Source: Selaginella moellendorffii
Taxonomy: Eukaryota; Plantae; Lycopodiophyta
Assembly: GCF_000143415.4 (NCBI RefSeq)
Contig: NW_003314268.1
Span: 3,542,559 to 3,606,558 of the forward strand
DNA: 64,000 nucleotides
Reading direction: 5' to 3'
Part shown: positions 1 to 13,514 of the stretch, in pieces
Layout of the letters: each line of letters starts with the position of its first letter
Position numbering within the stretch: the first letter of the stretch is position 1
Notes under the pieces: model-generated
Seen by the model: the letters and a program-made list of their open reading frames with translations, nothing else
Told to the model about the DNA's origin: nothing
The model's database searches: none
Made by a program: the position numbers and the translations under genes

Positions 1-329
1 AAAAAATACTAAATTATATTCTCTAGCATTCACATTTATGTTATCTATTGTGTTAATTCATGAGGTTGATAATATCCAAAAATCATTTTAAAAAAAATAC
101 AGTAACTTAATAATTCACAAAAGTTTTGCAAACCATACCATGGATTAGCCTGAAACTACTTTAATTGTTTACATTTATCTACACTTACAAACACATAAAA
201 GTTTATATTCTTAAGTTTGAAATATAATTTAAGGCAATTGCTCTTTGTTCCTCACTAGCTTTAAAAAGTGACAAATCATAAGCCTCTTGTATATTTATTC
301 ATATATAAAGAGTTGAATATTAAGCAAGT

Positions 330-420
330 TTGCTAAATGGTCAAATTTATGGAATTTGGGGAGTTTCCTATCAAGCATTATCTAAGGAAATCAAATGTGG
401 TGGCAGATACTTTATCTTAT
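330..420 (+). mobile_element. Degenerate Gypsy RNase H C-terminal remnant
   Basis: Reads EFGEFPIKHYLRKSNVVADTLS, resembling the Gypsy RNase H terminal motif f.I.y.pGk.NvvADaLSR. The surrounding sequence is stop-riddled. Confidence 0.45.
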
Positions 421-1769
421 TTTTGTCATATGATACCATTTGAATAAAGTGGTTAGTGAGTTTGGGTAGTTAATTAAGCATGCTTAGGCTTACAATGCTA
501 AGGCAATCTCTTTGCAAGCTCAAATAGAAGCACATTTATGGATATGAATCTCTACTACAATGGCTGTATATTTGTCACAAGTGCATTTGTTGATTAATTA
601 AGTTTTATTCTACTATTATAATCATCTAGAGGGGGGAAGAACATATATAACCTAATTAAGAACAATTTTTATTAGAAGAATATGAAAGTTAATATCCTTG
701 AGTATTGCAAGTCATACAATGTGTCATATGACTTTTGTAACCTATCATTTATTTATCATGAATACAAAAGTAAAAGGAACAAATGTAGGTTATAATAAAT
801 TTTGGTAAAGTATGTGCAATTGTTGGTTCTTTAGAAGACTTAGTTGTGGTTTATTTAGAAAAGTTTGCTGAAGGAAATTATCAGTGATTAAGACTCAAAG
901 TTCATTAATGGAGTTTAGAAAAGTTTTGTAAAGGCTATATAAGTGATTTTGAAGCTTTTGAGTGGAAATCATCCTTAGATAAATAGACTAAATGTATGAA
1001 TTAGTTAGTGAAGGATATGTTTCCATTGATGCAATTTGCCTACAATAATAGCTAATATAGTGGTATAGTGGAACAAAACTAAAAGAAGGCATCTCAAAAT
1101 AAAATTGAAGTTGGGATTCCATTTAAGCAAGTTCAAAACAAAATTTGTAGATAGCTTAGGATAGGGTAGAGAAGTTTATTAATGAGCACTACCAATTCCA
1201 GAAATATGTTTTGTCTTTATGCAAGTGATTTTTATGTCCAAATGAGTGATGAAACACCTTAGTGCATTTGCGAAATGGGAAAAGTGATAGACTTTCTCAC
1301 AAATATGTTATGTGAAGTGTATTAGTGATTCAATATTTGATTTGATTGAGAAAGCCACAGAATTTGAACTGTATACTGTGAAACTTCATTGACATACCAA
1401 TCTTTAGCTTTAAACCAAAAAGGTATTGTTGCTGTTGAGTAATTTGTTAGAGCTACAAATGAAGTGTTATATTGGATTACTCTAATACTTGATATAACTT
1501 TGCAGAGTATCAAAATTTGACTACAGTTAAAAGCAGAAAAGAAGCTATTGATATTTAGATAATAAAATTATTTAAAAAATACTAAAATAAAAGCTAAATA
1601 TGTGTTAAACATTTTGAAGTCTTCAAACCCTAGTTTTATATAGACTCTAAGAACTAATTTAAAAACCTAATCTATGTCTCATCCATGTGTAAAGAAAATC
1701 TTGAGTTTAAATCTCATTAGCAGAGTTTTGGGGTTTGAGGCCTCAATAATTACAAAGAAATATTAAATA

Positions 1770-2460
1770 CAATTACAAATTCAAGGAACCAAGAGAAAGT
1801 CTAAGTTAAGTATTCCAAAGTCCCACTTCATTTTCCAAATTAAAGCCTTGTATTCTCTGGTGGTAGAGTTGGTAGAGTGTGCTTACCAACACAACAAACA
1901 TGGATATGCTGGATGTTGCTTATTAGAATGCAAACACATTGCAGTTCCTTGGAATGTGATGTTCTAGCACAATCAAAACAAAGGCATTTTGTTTAGTGAC
2001 TTCAACTAAGAGTTTACACTCAATCTACTAGAAAAAATCTTGACCTTTTTAGCACGGACATAACAAAATGCTCCTGGTTTTACCAGCTAGTTGATTGATT
2101 ATTAATGAATAATATCCATGCTAACCAATGTAAAATATATATTAGAAAACTATAAAATCCTTAGGAATAAAACTCATAATGAAATGAACATGTATATCAG
2201 ACTCAGCACCTGTATATAGAAACATATGGTAAGTATTCCAATGAGGTTCTTTTATTTACTAGCCTTCTCTTTAACTATGAATATCATGCAACTGAAAGCT
2301 GGCATTGAATAGTTGATTTGGACCACAAGCACACAAATTAATTCTTGGTGATACCCCCAATGCCATGTTCAAGCATTTCTGTTTGCTGGAATCAAAGAAG
2401 AGCCACTCCTAAAATTTACAATTGACTCCTGCAGAACTGACAGCATTACAAAAATATGAC
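1770..2460 (+). repeat. Dispersed repeat, direct copy of about 43405-44255
   Basis: Shared blocks such as ggtagagtgtgctt, aatgcaaacacattgca, ttctagcacaatcaaaacaaaggcatt, tccatgctaacca and ggaccacaagcac occur in the same order and orientation in both copies. Confidence 0.85.
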
Positions 2461-2739
2461 AAATAAGTTAGATTACCATTCAAAATCCATCTGACTTATT
2501 CTAATGGCATATAATGTTATTTGCACAAATAACCTTGTACTATATATCTTATCTATACTTTTAGTCCAAAGAATTGTGGACAATACAACTAAGTTTCATC
2601 GATAACACCTTACACTTACAAAAGATGAATTCCCTAGAGCAAAATGTATCTTACCAGGATTTTAAAATACTTTTACTTAAGGTATATAAAAAATAATGTT
2701 TACAACTACAATAGACATTTGGTGAGTGGCTAAGAAAGC

Positions 2740-3180
2740 ATGCAAGAAAATCCCTGCCTCCCTTGCCTGGATCGAAATCTGAAAACACCATTTTTTTTGC
2801 CTTCAGTGATCCTCCAAGCTGGAACAGCACGAGCGGGCCATCAGATCGTCCCAGGGCACGAACAGCAATGGTGCGCCACGGGCCCAATCCTTGGTGCCGT
2901 CGAATGCGGCGACAAAGCCCAGTCTTACCCTAGAATCCCCTGCCAAAGAATTTGAAAACAATCAAACCCCACACTTGCCAGCGCCGCATGAGATCAGCAG
3001 GCCTCTGATCAAGGACCAGTGATACGTCAAACCCTTGCTGGGCAACAATAAGAGCCCCGAGACACTGACAACATCCCCAGCAGAGACATGTAGCTTCTCG
3101 ACTCCAGAAATATGGCAAAAACTGACTGGGATGAATGTCATTCCCGATCTAGCAAGGATGGAAAGTCATCACTTGGTGGT
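2740..3180 (-). pseudogene. Deletion-riddled copy of the 5' part and upstream region of the 52163-54052 gene, with an internal inversion
   Basis: 2740-2978 aligns with 53717-54153 (e.g. gatcgtcccagggcacg, atccttggtgccgtcgaatg, ccaaagaatt.gaaaacaatcaaacc). 2981-3170 aligns with the reverse complement of about 54172-54346. Confidence 0.85.
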
Positions 3181-4040
3181 GGAGAGGAGCGTTCAGACAA
3201 TTATAAGTGACCAAATTTAACCAGAGATGACAACCTCACAAGAATATACATTGAGGTTTTAAAAAATATTCCCACTTATTCTTTTATTATTTAAAAAAAA
3301 CTGGAGCAAAGAGAACAAACGATGAACGATGGAGCTCATTTCTACAAGGCCACTAGGCGGAATTTGATCGCAGCAGAGAGATTGGGTGAGGAATGTCGTG
3401 CGGGCGAGTGGGCAATTATGATGTTGGTTTTCTTGAATGCCATTGCTCTCATATGTTTCGATTGACGTGAGACTATGGTGTGTCTGTACATGCTCAATGG
3501 ATTGTTTACTATGGATATAAAAGGCACATCAGACTCATCAATCTCCATCAACAGTAAACCTTCGATCATCCAAAATACAACTATGGTTTAACTTGTATAA
3601 AAATAATTTCGAATGTTCTCTAAAACCCCTTTGAAACTCTTTTTAGGGCCCAGCGTCATGGAAAAGGCAGGTTCTTAAATCATACTAGCATTCCTAAAGC
3701 TTAGATGAGAGGAAGTTTTGTGGGAGTGTTAAAACAAGCCTGGAGGCCAGCAATAGCAGTGACGAGGTAAGCTGCAAAAAAAATCTGAATGAGTCGCTTC
3801 TTGTGTTGAGTGAGTTCCTACGACATGGAGCAATCATCTGGTCCCCCACCTCTCACAGATGTGCTGTAATGCTGCTACTGGCCATGCTAAGGTGTCTTAG
3901 AGACACACTGCTGCGATCAATCCGCAAAAGCTGTGAAAACTTTAGCAAAGCGGATGCATTTTTTGTTCCCAGTGTACAGAGAGAGAAAGAGAGCGTGGTC
4001 AAAATGCTAACGCTTTTACAATCCATTTCCTTATTGCATT

Positions 4041-6472
4041 TTACGAGCTTGCATTTTTTCGCCTCCTCTTGGCTGCAAAAGCAAAAAGAACTTCAGGAGT
4101 GAGCATGCCAATTTATGAAACTGACCTCTGCTGTCCCTTGCATGCACTTCCACCTCCTGTACCTCCGCTGCAACAGTTGGCCTTTGTACTTCCTCTGCTT
4201 TTCGAGCCTGCTCCTTTTGGGCTTTGGCTGCCTTCTTGGCTTCCTTCTTCCGAGCAACTTCCAAGCAACCTTGGCAATGGTCCTTCAAATCCTCGCAAGC
4301 CTGATGATACCAGCATTCACAGTTTTCACACTGCACCCACAGCGCGTCCTCAAGAGTCTCCTGATTATTACAAACACAGCATCTAGGATTTGCCTGCATT
4401 AGATAAATAAATGAGATAATATAAAACTGCAAGCGAAAGCTGATTACCTCTCCACCGTACTTCCCATCCCGCAGCTTCTCCAGCTTCTCGTCGATACAGG
4501 CTAAGATCTTGTCAAAGCACCCGAAGTTAAGATAGACCTCATGGTAGATTAGTTCACCACCTCCCGCCACATCAAGCTTCCTTGTCTCAAACCAATGACT
4601 CGTGCAGTATACCACCCATGCCAGGACGTGCGACCTCGATTTGTCATCTGAGACGAACAATTCCCGTGCTCTCGGCCTGGTACGGTTGTGATCCTCAATC
4701 GCTCGAGCCCCTGTTGCAAACTGGATGACTACAAAGTGCGAATCTGCAACATAGTAGCAATTGAGTCCTTTCTCAGTCCCATGAATAGGAAGAAAAAGCG
4801 TCGGACCGGAGATCCCTTTGGTCATCGCCATTGTAAAGCTCCCACGAAATTGGCGGACTGCTGCCGGAGCTATGGTCACAGAAGCTTCTTGGTCATACTC
4901 TATGACGGGTTGCTTGTACCGGGCCACAAGAATGCATGCCTGCTCTGTGTTTAGACCAATTCGTGAGCAAATACCGGGATCGCTTTGGATAACTGATGTC
5001 CACAGCCGAATCTGCTCATCGATCTGCTCCTTATCCACTGGACTTGCCACGAGCATGAACTGGTTTGCTGCGTAGGAACGAAGCTGCTCTGAGAGACATC
5101 TCGCTATTCCGTCAGCACCCCTGTAGAACAGCCCGGTGGCTTGCTCTGCAAAAATGTCGTCATCGCCATCATCCTCAAGAATTCCTTTCGAGATGAGCTT
5201 GGAGAAACGGGGCCAATCTTCCGAAGGTAGATTCCGGATGTACTCTTTAAGAGTCTCAAGGTACTTCCGATCGCTCCTGGTGGCAACCAATCCCGGAACC
5301 CAGCCAGTCTTCCACCAAATACTTTCTTTTGTAGTATTAGCGTCGGCCTTCATGAACGCCAAGTAGTTTGTTATTTCAACCTCCTGAATCAAGCAGATAG
5401 AGTTTAGTACAGGCAACATAGAAGATCGAGCTTACGTTGAATCCGCCGTTGATGAAAAGTGAGCGATCTTGCACCTTCAGAAAGTCTTGCCACTTCCCGC
5501 ACAAGACTACAGCACCAAAAGTAGCAATACTCCGGAGTAAAACCGCATGCTCGGGAGAGATCTCAGGACCACCGTCCAGCACCAGATAAAGCCTTCTGTT
5601 GTTATCACCCCCAACTATCTTCCGCATGATCTTGATCACCTGATTGGCATCTTTGTCATCCTTGAGGTTCTGAATGTAGTAGTGAGCGGCATTGCTGTCG
5701 TGATAACCCAAGGCAAGCGAGCGGACGAGTGTCAAAGCTGGAGAATTCGAAAATTCCTCCCCGTTGACGTGCATTAGCCTTCCGTGTGCCGAGGAAACAA
5801 ACTCCAGAAAGAGGAACAGAGACGCAGCACGGACGCTGTAAGTCTTTCCAGACGATGCTGATCCGAGCACGAAGTTAAACTTAGAGCGCCTGATGGTCGA
5901 GTCCCGGATAAAAGTGATAAGTGAGCCGATGCACTGTCGGCCCATCACTGCCACCGTTTCCGCGCTCTCCATGGTCGTGATGATGCTCTCTTTAGTAGGG
6001 TCAGAGAGAGCCTGCAGTGTAAGAGCCTCACGTTGTCCATGAACACCATAAGAGCTTATCAACTCGGTAGCCATCGCTACTGCATCTCGGCAAATGCTGG
6101 CAAGAGTTGAGCTCAATGGACCTGATGGAGCTGAGTAACAAGCAGAGTAAGCATCAAGCTACATTCAAATTCTACACGAATACCTGGCGGTGCTCTGCGG
6201 ACATGCAATGTGAACGAGGGCGGCAAAGGACTGGTGGACACTTCGTTAACATCAACCCACATGGCCGATCCTGCTCTGTAGATCGACTCCACATCGGGAT
6301 GGAGATTCTTGAGCCAAACCCATAAAGAGCTCTGATCTGTGATACGAGATGGTACTTCGCACACAGTGGCGGAGATGGGCACGTTCTGTGGAACCACCGT
6401 CCTCGCGGGATGCACAAAGACGCGCCGAACGCTCGTAGTCGGGGCGAGCAAATCCATTTCCCTATAACACAT
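4041..6472 (-). CDS. Crinkler-related protein: N-terminal header, P-loop NTPase, REase-like domain, PHD finger, basic tail; 5 exons, about 739 aa
   Basis: GT-AG exons 6472-6184, 6130-5436, 5383-4448, 4393-4126 and 4072-4041 splice into one frame. The header ends in HVRRAPP (compare Crinkler HVLVxxP). Walker A GSASSGKT, Walker B LYLVLDG, then GGF/E and TGWVPGL. REase-like FLP...GLN...VVIQF...H. PHD CVC...WVQCENCECWYHQAC...CQGC. C-terminal AKRRRK. Confidence 0.75.
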
Positions 6473-6803
6473 GGGTTCGAATCTTGACCGTTTAATATAT
6501 AGAATTGCTTTGGTGTAAAGTATATCCTCAATCTAACGCCTGTGATTTAAACATTCTTTAATTCGTTTTACATATTTAACTGTTATGATACTCTGGAGGA
6601 TCTCATCTCCATACATCATACATCGATCAAGAATCTGGAACTTGACTGAGGGGAGCATCCCCATGGTTATCAAAGTAGTGCATGATGATGATCGCAAAGA
6701 AAATCAAGCTCCATTCTACTAGCACTCAGATCAATTGATTCCTCCAGGAAGCAATAAGCAAGACTCTCATTCTCCAGTTATGTTGATAGAAAGGAAACAC
6801 ACA

Positions 6804-6851
6804 GATTACAAAAGACGATAGAAAATTGATTACAAAAGACGATAGAAAATT
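6804..6851 (+). repeat. 24-bp tandem duplication (gattacaaaagacgatagaaaatt x2)
   Basis: Two adjacent identical units are directly visible. Confidence 0.9.
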
Positions 6852-7879
6852 GTTTGTTACATGCAGCGCTCACAAGAATATACGTTTAGGTTTTAGGGTG
6901 TTCTTGATTGTATACATATCTAAATTTGCTACTATTTATCTCCAGAGAACAATACTGCAATTAGATAATAATGCATATGTTGGGGGAGATAAGATCATTT
7001 TTTTTTATCATCATGAAATTTGAATTTGAATTTCTTTTATTGCCTTTATAAAATGATACACAACCCTAAACACATCAAGCTTAGACCAAAGAATTATAAA
7101 CTAGGTTTTCTAACTGGTTTGGTGGCATTATAATTTAAAGTGTGTAATGAGTTAAATCTGAACTGTAATGATTCATAGTTTACTAAAATTTCTATTATGT
7201 ATCTGGTTTTGCATTTAAAAATATACATAAGTAAATTTATCCAGATTGCTACCACATTTATATTAAACCTCATAAGCTAGCAATAAAGAATGGTTCTAGA
7301 CACATTGAGAAAATATAAATTGATAAAATCTAAGAAATCCTTGCAACACAAGAGATGATAAGATAAGGTAATTTCTCTACCATTATGGGTCAAAGAAGAA
7401 ATATCATTTATAAATACATTATTTATTTTATTTTATTATGCAATACTTTAAAAGTAATATTTGAGCTATAGTTACATGGTGAATGAGAACCACCAGATTT
7501 TTCATATATTTATATACATGAAAGAAAAACTATCCCTTATTGGCTATTACTTGTGCCAAAAGTTTTGCTTTAGTTGTGTATGTATAAAGGATCTAAAGTA
7601 AGCAGTTGGTATTTCTTGTTTACCTTTCTCCTTATGTACTAAGACGTTTTTGTTCTTATATAATAGATAAATAATCTTCAAGGCTTTTATGCCAATGTAG
7701 AAATAATACTGTGTAGGAAAGACAAGTAAAATATCAAAGCTCTAGTTTTACCATAGCGATAGAAAAATACTTGAAGAAAATTTTACATAATAACAACTTT
7801 ATAGTTGATCTTCTTTTATTAATCTTAGTTCAATTTTTACTGAACATGATATTTTTGGCTATATGGTGGTGGTGGTGGA

Positions 7880-8369
7880 NNNNNNNNNNNNNNNNNNNNN
7901 NNNNNNNNNNNNNNNNNNNNNNNNNNNNNNNNNNNNNNNNNNNNNNNNNNNNNNNNNNNNNNNNNNNNNNNNNNNNNNNNNNNNNNNNNNNNNNNNNNNN
8001 NNNNNNNNNNNNNNNNNNNNNNNNNNNNNNNNNNNNNNNNNNNNNNNNNNNNNNNNNNNNNNNNNNNNNNNNNNNNNNNNNNNNNNNNNNNNNNNNNNNN
8101 NNNNNNNNNNNNNNNNNNNNNNNNNNNNNNNNNNNNNNNNNNNNNNNNNNNNNNNNNNNNNNNNNNNNNNNNNNNNNNNNNNNNNNNNNNNNNNNNNNNN
8201 NNNNNNNNNNNNNNNNNNNNNNNNNNNNNNNNNNNNNNNNNNNNNNNNNNNNNNNNNNNNNNNNNNNNNNNNNNNNNNNNNNNNNNNNNNNNNNNNNNNN
8301 NNNNNNNNNNNNNNNNNNNNNNNNNNNNNNNNNNNNNNNNNNNNNNNNNNNNNNNNNNNNNNNNNNNNN
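7880..8369. other. Assembly gap (N run)
   Basis: Run of N. Confidence 1.
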
Positions 8370-8989
8370 GGCCGCAGCGCTGAACCTTCACACAACTTGC
8401 TTCGGTTTTTGTCAATATGGCAAGTGAATATAATTGGTGGATGCAAAGAAAAATATCACCACTTTTGAGATTGTAATGTTCTCTATTTCTTTGTCCTTGC
8501 TCCAGATTATGTGACAAAGGAAAGCAATAAATGTAATGGTTTTCAATCATCACTTTGCTCCTTTGAATCTTCTCTATTAATGGATGTCTTTTGTCATCCA
8601 CAATAAAGAGGAGCACTTTTACTTTCCTATTCATGGACACACGGAAATTGTTATGGTGTTTTATGCTCTCTCATGTCTTGAATTATTGGTTTGAGTTCTA
8701 AACAACTACAACACTTGAGCTGTTAAAATGTCACATTATTGTAAATGCTTAAACTACACCTTGCACTTAAACAACACATTGTTGGATATGTTTAAGAGGC
8801 TGGCTTCTAGGACATTTAAGGGATACATATCAAGCCTAGAACCCATGCATCAGCAAGATGAAATTCAAGAACAATTTAAGATATTCTTTGGTCTCAAGGA
8901 GTAAATAAAAAATGCCTAAACTAAAAATGTAATTCCCCTTTTTCACAAGTTTTGTTCAAATGATGCAGGTAATGACTAAATAAGACTAA

Positions 8990-9392
8990 GTAGAGTGAAG
9001 AAGGAAATTTAGGCAAAATAGAATTAAGCTTAAGCTTAGGCATCCAAAGAAGAAAGACTTGATCTAGGCAATGTTTGTCATAGACAAGCGAGAAGCAGTT
9101 AAAAATAATTATAAAATTATATAGTATATAAGACATGCTAAAAAATAACCCCCACTCACTGTTGTATGCATTTGCATTAAATTATTCATCTTTTCTCTTG
9201 TTTATAACTGTTTGTGCAAAATAAAGTTGAGAGAGTGACAAATGCTTATCCTTATTCATGCCTTTGGGGTTTGAGGTCTTATTAATTTTCTTCTTTTCTT
9301 TTCTTTTCTCTTTTTTTATTTCTGTTTGTTTATCACTATTTTATAGGTAGGGGCAATAATGTGAGTATAGGCAGAAAAAGCCTTATTCACTT
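8990..9392 (+). repeat. Dispersed repeat, direct copy of about 13620-14035
   Basis: Shared taggcaaaataga, aagcttaggcatccaaagaagaaagac, aacccccactcactgttgtat and tttgtttatcactattt. Confidence 0.85.
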
Positions 9393-10599
9393 TTGGTGAC
9401 TAAAGTGGGATAAACTATCACTCTTTAACTTGAAAAACAGTCAGGAGAAAATCACTTTTGAATTCCAAACATGTCTAGCATTAGAAATCATAAATATATC
9501 TCTTGAATAATTATATAGGCCCTAACACTGAAAGAAGGAGTTATTTTTGTGATAGATAACGTAAGAAAGATAGTTTTTTAATCATATTACTTATGTTATA
9601 AAATATGGGACGAGTTTGAAATTGGCACAAATTAGAGCTTTGAAAGATATGGCTTGGGTTAGCATTGTTGCACTAAACCTTTTTTTCCTTTGAAAAGCTA
9701 CCTAAATTGTCTAGTTTGGCATACATTGCCAAAAAACTCAAGTTCAAATTGTTTAGCTAGCAATTTTTTGAGAAAAATCCAAAAGAAGAAGGAATGGAGT
9801 TTGTTTGATTTGGAAACATAATTAACCACTTTAGAAATCTTTCCTTTTGAGCAAATTCTCACTTAGTCTTATAAAGGACACATTTTTCAGCAATATATCA
9901 CAACATTTTTAAGCATACATAAGTAGGAAAATTGGGCACTTGTAGCTTTTGTCTTCGACTCCAATTTAAAAAGAGCTAAAGCTAGCCTTAGTGAAGAACA
10001 AATTGGAGAATTATTCACCTAAATATTATGAGACTTTGATAAAGGCAGAATCACAATTAAAATATTATGCTGTCTCAAAGTTTTGATTCAAGGTCCTTTA
10101 GTTTGGATAATTACTCAGACATGGTTTGAGAGTAAACTTATCCCGAGTTTAAGTTTTTTACGCATATTGCAAGCGCTTATGAGATTTAAACAAAACTCAT
10201 AAGTCGAAAATTTAGAAGCAATTATCACGAACTGCTCTAACTATTTGAATTGCTTTATACCTAGTACACATAGGTAATTTATTCAAGGCACATCTTTTAT
10301 ACATAGAAAGTTTACTTAAACATTTAAGATTTAAGAATTTGTCATACAAGCTTAAGCAAAGACTTATATTGACTATTACTACCCATTGGCAAAGAGGCTA
10401 GAGAGAAATTTACCTTGAAAAATAATTTTTATCTAGATTTGAAGCAAAGTTTTTCACGAATTAGCTATCACATACGTGAAAAACTACCTAATGTCATTCC
10501 ATAAGTAAATTAATCTAAAATAGGCTATCATGCACTAAAATATTTGATTCTTGTATTGCTTTTATAGGGTAATTTCATGGAATGGTCTCCACGCCCTAT

Positions 10600-11560
10600 T
10601 TAAATTAGTCTCTAGAGCAAGATACTTGACAATATTCTGCTTAAGGTATATAAAAGTCTGACTCTTGGTACCTTTACTATTGTCAAAAAAGGTGTGATAA
10701 TACACCTAGATTACTTTGTAGATACATAGTGTAAGTGAGATTTATATATGTGGAGTTATCTATACAAAAAGAAAATAGTATCAGGATTTTTCCTAGACAA
10801 AGAAATATTCTACTTATCTGAGCTAAACATAAATCTTGAGTATTATAACTTACAAAGGATTTATAAAATTCTACTTACTAAATAATTGCTAAAAGTTTAT
10901 GCAATTTTAGGCAAAGAAGCTATTGTAAAAACTTTAATAATTCATAATAAAGCTTGGATACCCATAGGCAAAAATACACTTGCTGATAATTAGGCTAATA
11001 GATTTTGGATCAATCCTGAATTTAGATTGATATGCTAAAAAGTTTTGTGGAGTAAAAATCTTTTTAGATGGACCACACCTAAGCAAGATAGATATGCTGT
11101 GAAAAATAATGTTTGTTGCTTAAGAAATTTTTAGGACTTTTATAGAAGAAATGTTCTAGACATTTGGCATTTATAAAAAAGCCATCCCCATTTCAAAATT
11201 GATTAGGAAGCAAGATGCTTACTCCTAAGAGTGACTAATAGGTTAATTTACAAAGGGAATACTTTACATACAAAAACCTTGTATCACTCACTCTATGAAC
11301 AAGGCATAATAATTAGGCTTGACATAATAGCAACGCCAACAGACCTTGAAATAGGTAAGTATAGATTAGTAATTGTTTTACCTATAAATTTTTATAGGGC
11401 ATAATTCCTATGCATAAAACTGTCACTATCTATACCAAAAAAGGTGATAGATATATAATATTTCCCCTTATAATCTGATAAGCGAAAGGTAGTTTAAAAA
11501 AAAGTATTCATAAAATCTAAAACAAGATTACAAAGCACTTACTTGTAATATTTGTAATAT
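10600..11560 (+). mobile_element. Highly degenerate reverse-transcriptase remnant, possibly Penelope-like
   Basis: Frameshifted fragments occur in RT order: ITY.DF..FY (about 10845), G/IPIGKN...AN.F...E (about 10955), FYRRNVLDI (about 11140; compare YxRYxDD), LYE/Q (about 11291). Confidence 0.35.
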
Positions 11561-11719
11561 TAACTTCCCTTTAGAATAAACTAAATCATTATTCAATCAA
11601 ATTAGAGAAAATTTTGAAAGAGAGTGAGCTAAAAACATATTGAGTACACCTCAACAAAGTAGAGAAAATCAGAAATCTCAATACGACTTTAATGGTCATT
11701 CAGAAAACATGAATCCATC

Positions 11720-11819
11720 NNNNNNNNNNNNNNNNNNNNNNNNNNNNNNNNNNNNNNNNNNNNNNNNNNNNNNNNNNNNNNNNNNNNNNNNNNNNNNNNN
11801 NNNNNNNNNNNNNNNNNNN
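11720..11819. other. Assembly gap (N run)
   Basis: Run of N. Confidence 1.
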
Positions 11820-13514
11820 CATTCATGAGCATTTTGCTTGTGAGTTGATGATACTTTGTGTTTTTTTAATTATCTTTTGTAAGATGTTTAACATGCTATC
11901 TAAAATCTTTGATAGTTAAGTTTTATCATGAAGTTTTATTGATGATACATTAGTTATTAAATTTTGTTGCATAGTAAATCCTATGTTCTCCAAACATGCT
12001 GATCTTGGTGGTTCCTGTACTCTAATATTGGTTTATCAGATGATAACTAACTTGGAATACTTTGTGTTCTAATCTAAGATTTATTCATTGATAATTAAGT
12101 TTCTAATATCATTGTGTATAACTTTGATATTGTCCATTTATTAATCTTTGAGTTTGGGCTCGTATAGGTAGATTGGCTTCAACACTTTGTATGCATGGTA
12201 AAATCTTTAATCATGGGGTAACTATTATTAATTGGTCACATCACCTACCTCTCTATCAATATTTCTTATTTCGGTAATGAGCATGACCGTATAAACAACT
12301 TTAACCGCTTATTTATAATAATCTATCTAAACTTTACCGACGGGTTTGATTTCTTTACTCATAAGAGTTGGGGCCTCTAATTTCTCTTTCTATGTCCTTG
12401 CTGGCAAGGGCGTATCACACTTTTGTAAGTTGGGTGACACCTAGAGCAGCAAGGGTGGCTAACTCTATTAGTCATTTCCTTGTTAGCAACGGCCAAAAGG
12501 TATTTGAGTTTGTAGTGCATCCATGTCAGATAAAGAGGTTAGTTTAACTCATTTAATTTGGTGCATTTCTCATAGAGTTCTTTCCTTGCTGGTGTTTTAG
12601 ACTAAAGTATGCATCAATGAGGATGTCAATCTTCCCTAAAGGGGGGAAAATGTCACAAATGTGATTGTGGGTATCAAAAGTGTTACCTGTTGGCTAGTCT
12701 TTTCGGATATTCTACCTTTACTGCTATGACAGCAAGAGGTCAATATTGGTAGACCCTTTATTAGTCTTCACTTGAGTTAGTTGAGAAACTAGTCAATGCC
12801 CATACACTTAAATCGGACAAACATTAGATAGGATCCAAATATATAGTAGAGATAGTGGGTAGGTTGAATATGGTTGACTAACCTGAGGTATAGTATAGCT
12901 TCTGCTTACGTGCCTATCCTTGTTTTGCTTTTGGTTTAGAAGGTTAATATTATTAGACCCTTTATTAGTCTCCACTTGAGCTAGTTGATAAACTAGTCAA
13001 TGCCTATACACTTAAATCAGATAAACAGGTTAGGCATGGCTGACCAACCTAAAGTATAGTTTAGCTCCCACTTGTGTGCTTGTCTTTGTTTTGCATTCAG
13101 CTTGGGTTTAAACCCAAGTTCCATACCATGCTAGTTGGTGGGGTACTTATATCCTCGCATTAGGCCACCAATATGTTGGAATAATGTTATACTTTGTTTA
13201 GCTCAATTTTATGTGTTGGTTATGGCATTGGGATGTTGAATGTTCTAGGATTGTTCTAAGTTGTTTTGTGCTCTTATCTTTTCACTCCTTAGGCTATATG
13301 CTTAAAAGTTGTTTTATACTTCAATTCTGCCACTCATTGGCTCCATACTTGGGAGTTTGGTTCCGTTCTTTCATTTAATGGCCTAAGACTCATTTCTAAT
13401 ATTCTTTAGACACATGGCATGTGGCATGTAGCATGTGGATGGTTTAAGTTCCACTTTATAATTATTCTATGGTAAATCATCATAGGATAAATTGTAAAAA
13501 CCACATATACTACA
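11820..13514 (+). mobile_element. 3' part of a family-A LTR retroelement: internal region, PPT and LTR 12651-13514
   Basis: 11826-12650 is homologous to about 34067-34924. PPT aaaggggggaaaa precedes an LTR that starts tgtcacaaatgtga and ends ccacatatactaca. The LTR contains an internal tandem duplication of about 200 bp (about 12740-12940 and 12942-13110). Confidence 0.85.

Noticed and set aside
700-1320. Possible SWIM/MULE remnant (CIC near 1263)
   Set aside because: Too degraded; the remaining Cys/His ligands cannot be identified.
7771-8640. Long ORFs spanning X runs (also 11640-11828 and 31264-31663)
   Set aside because: Artefacts of translating N gaps.
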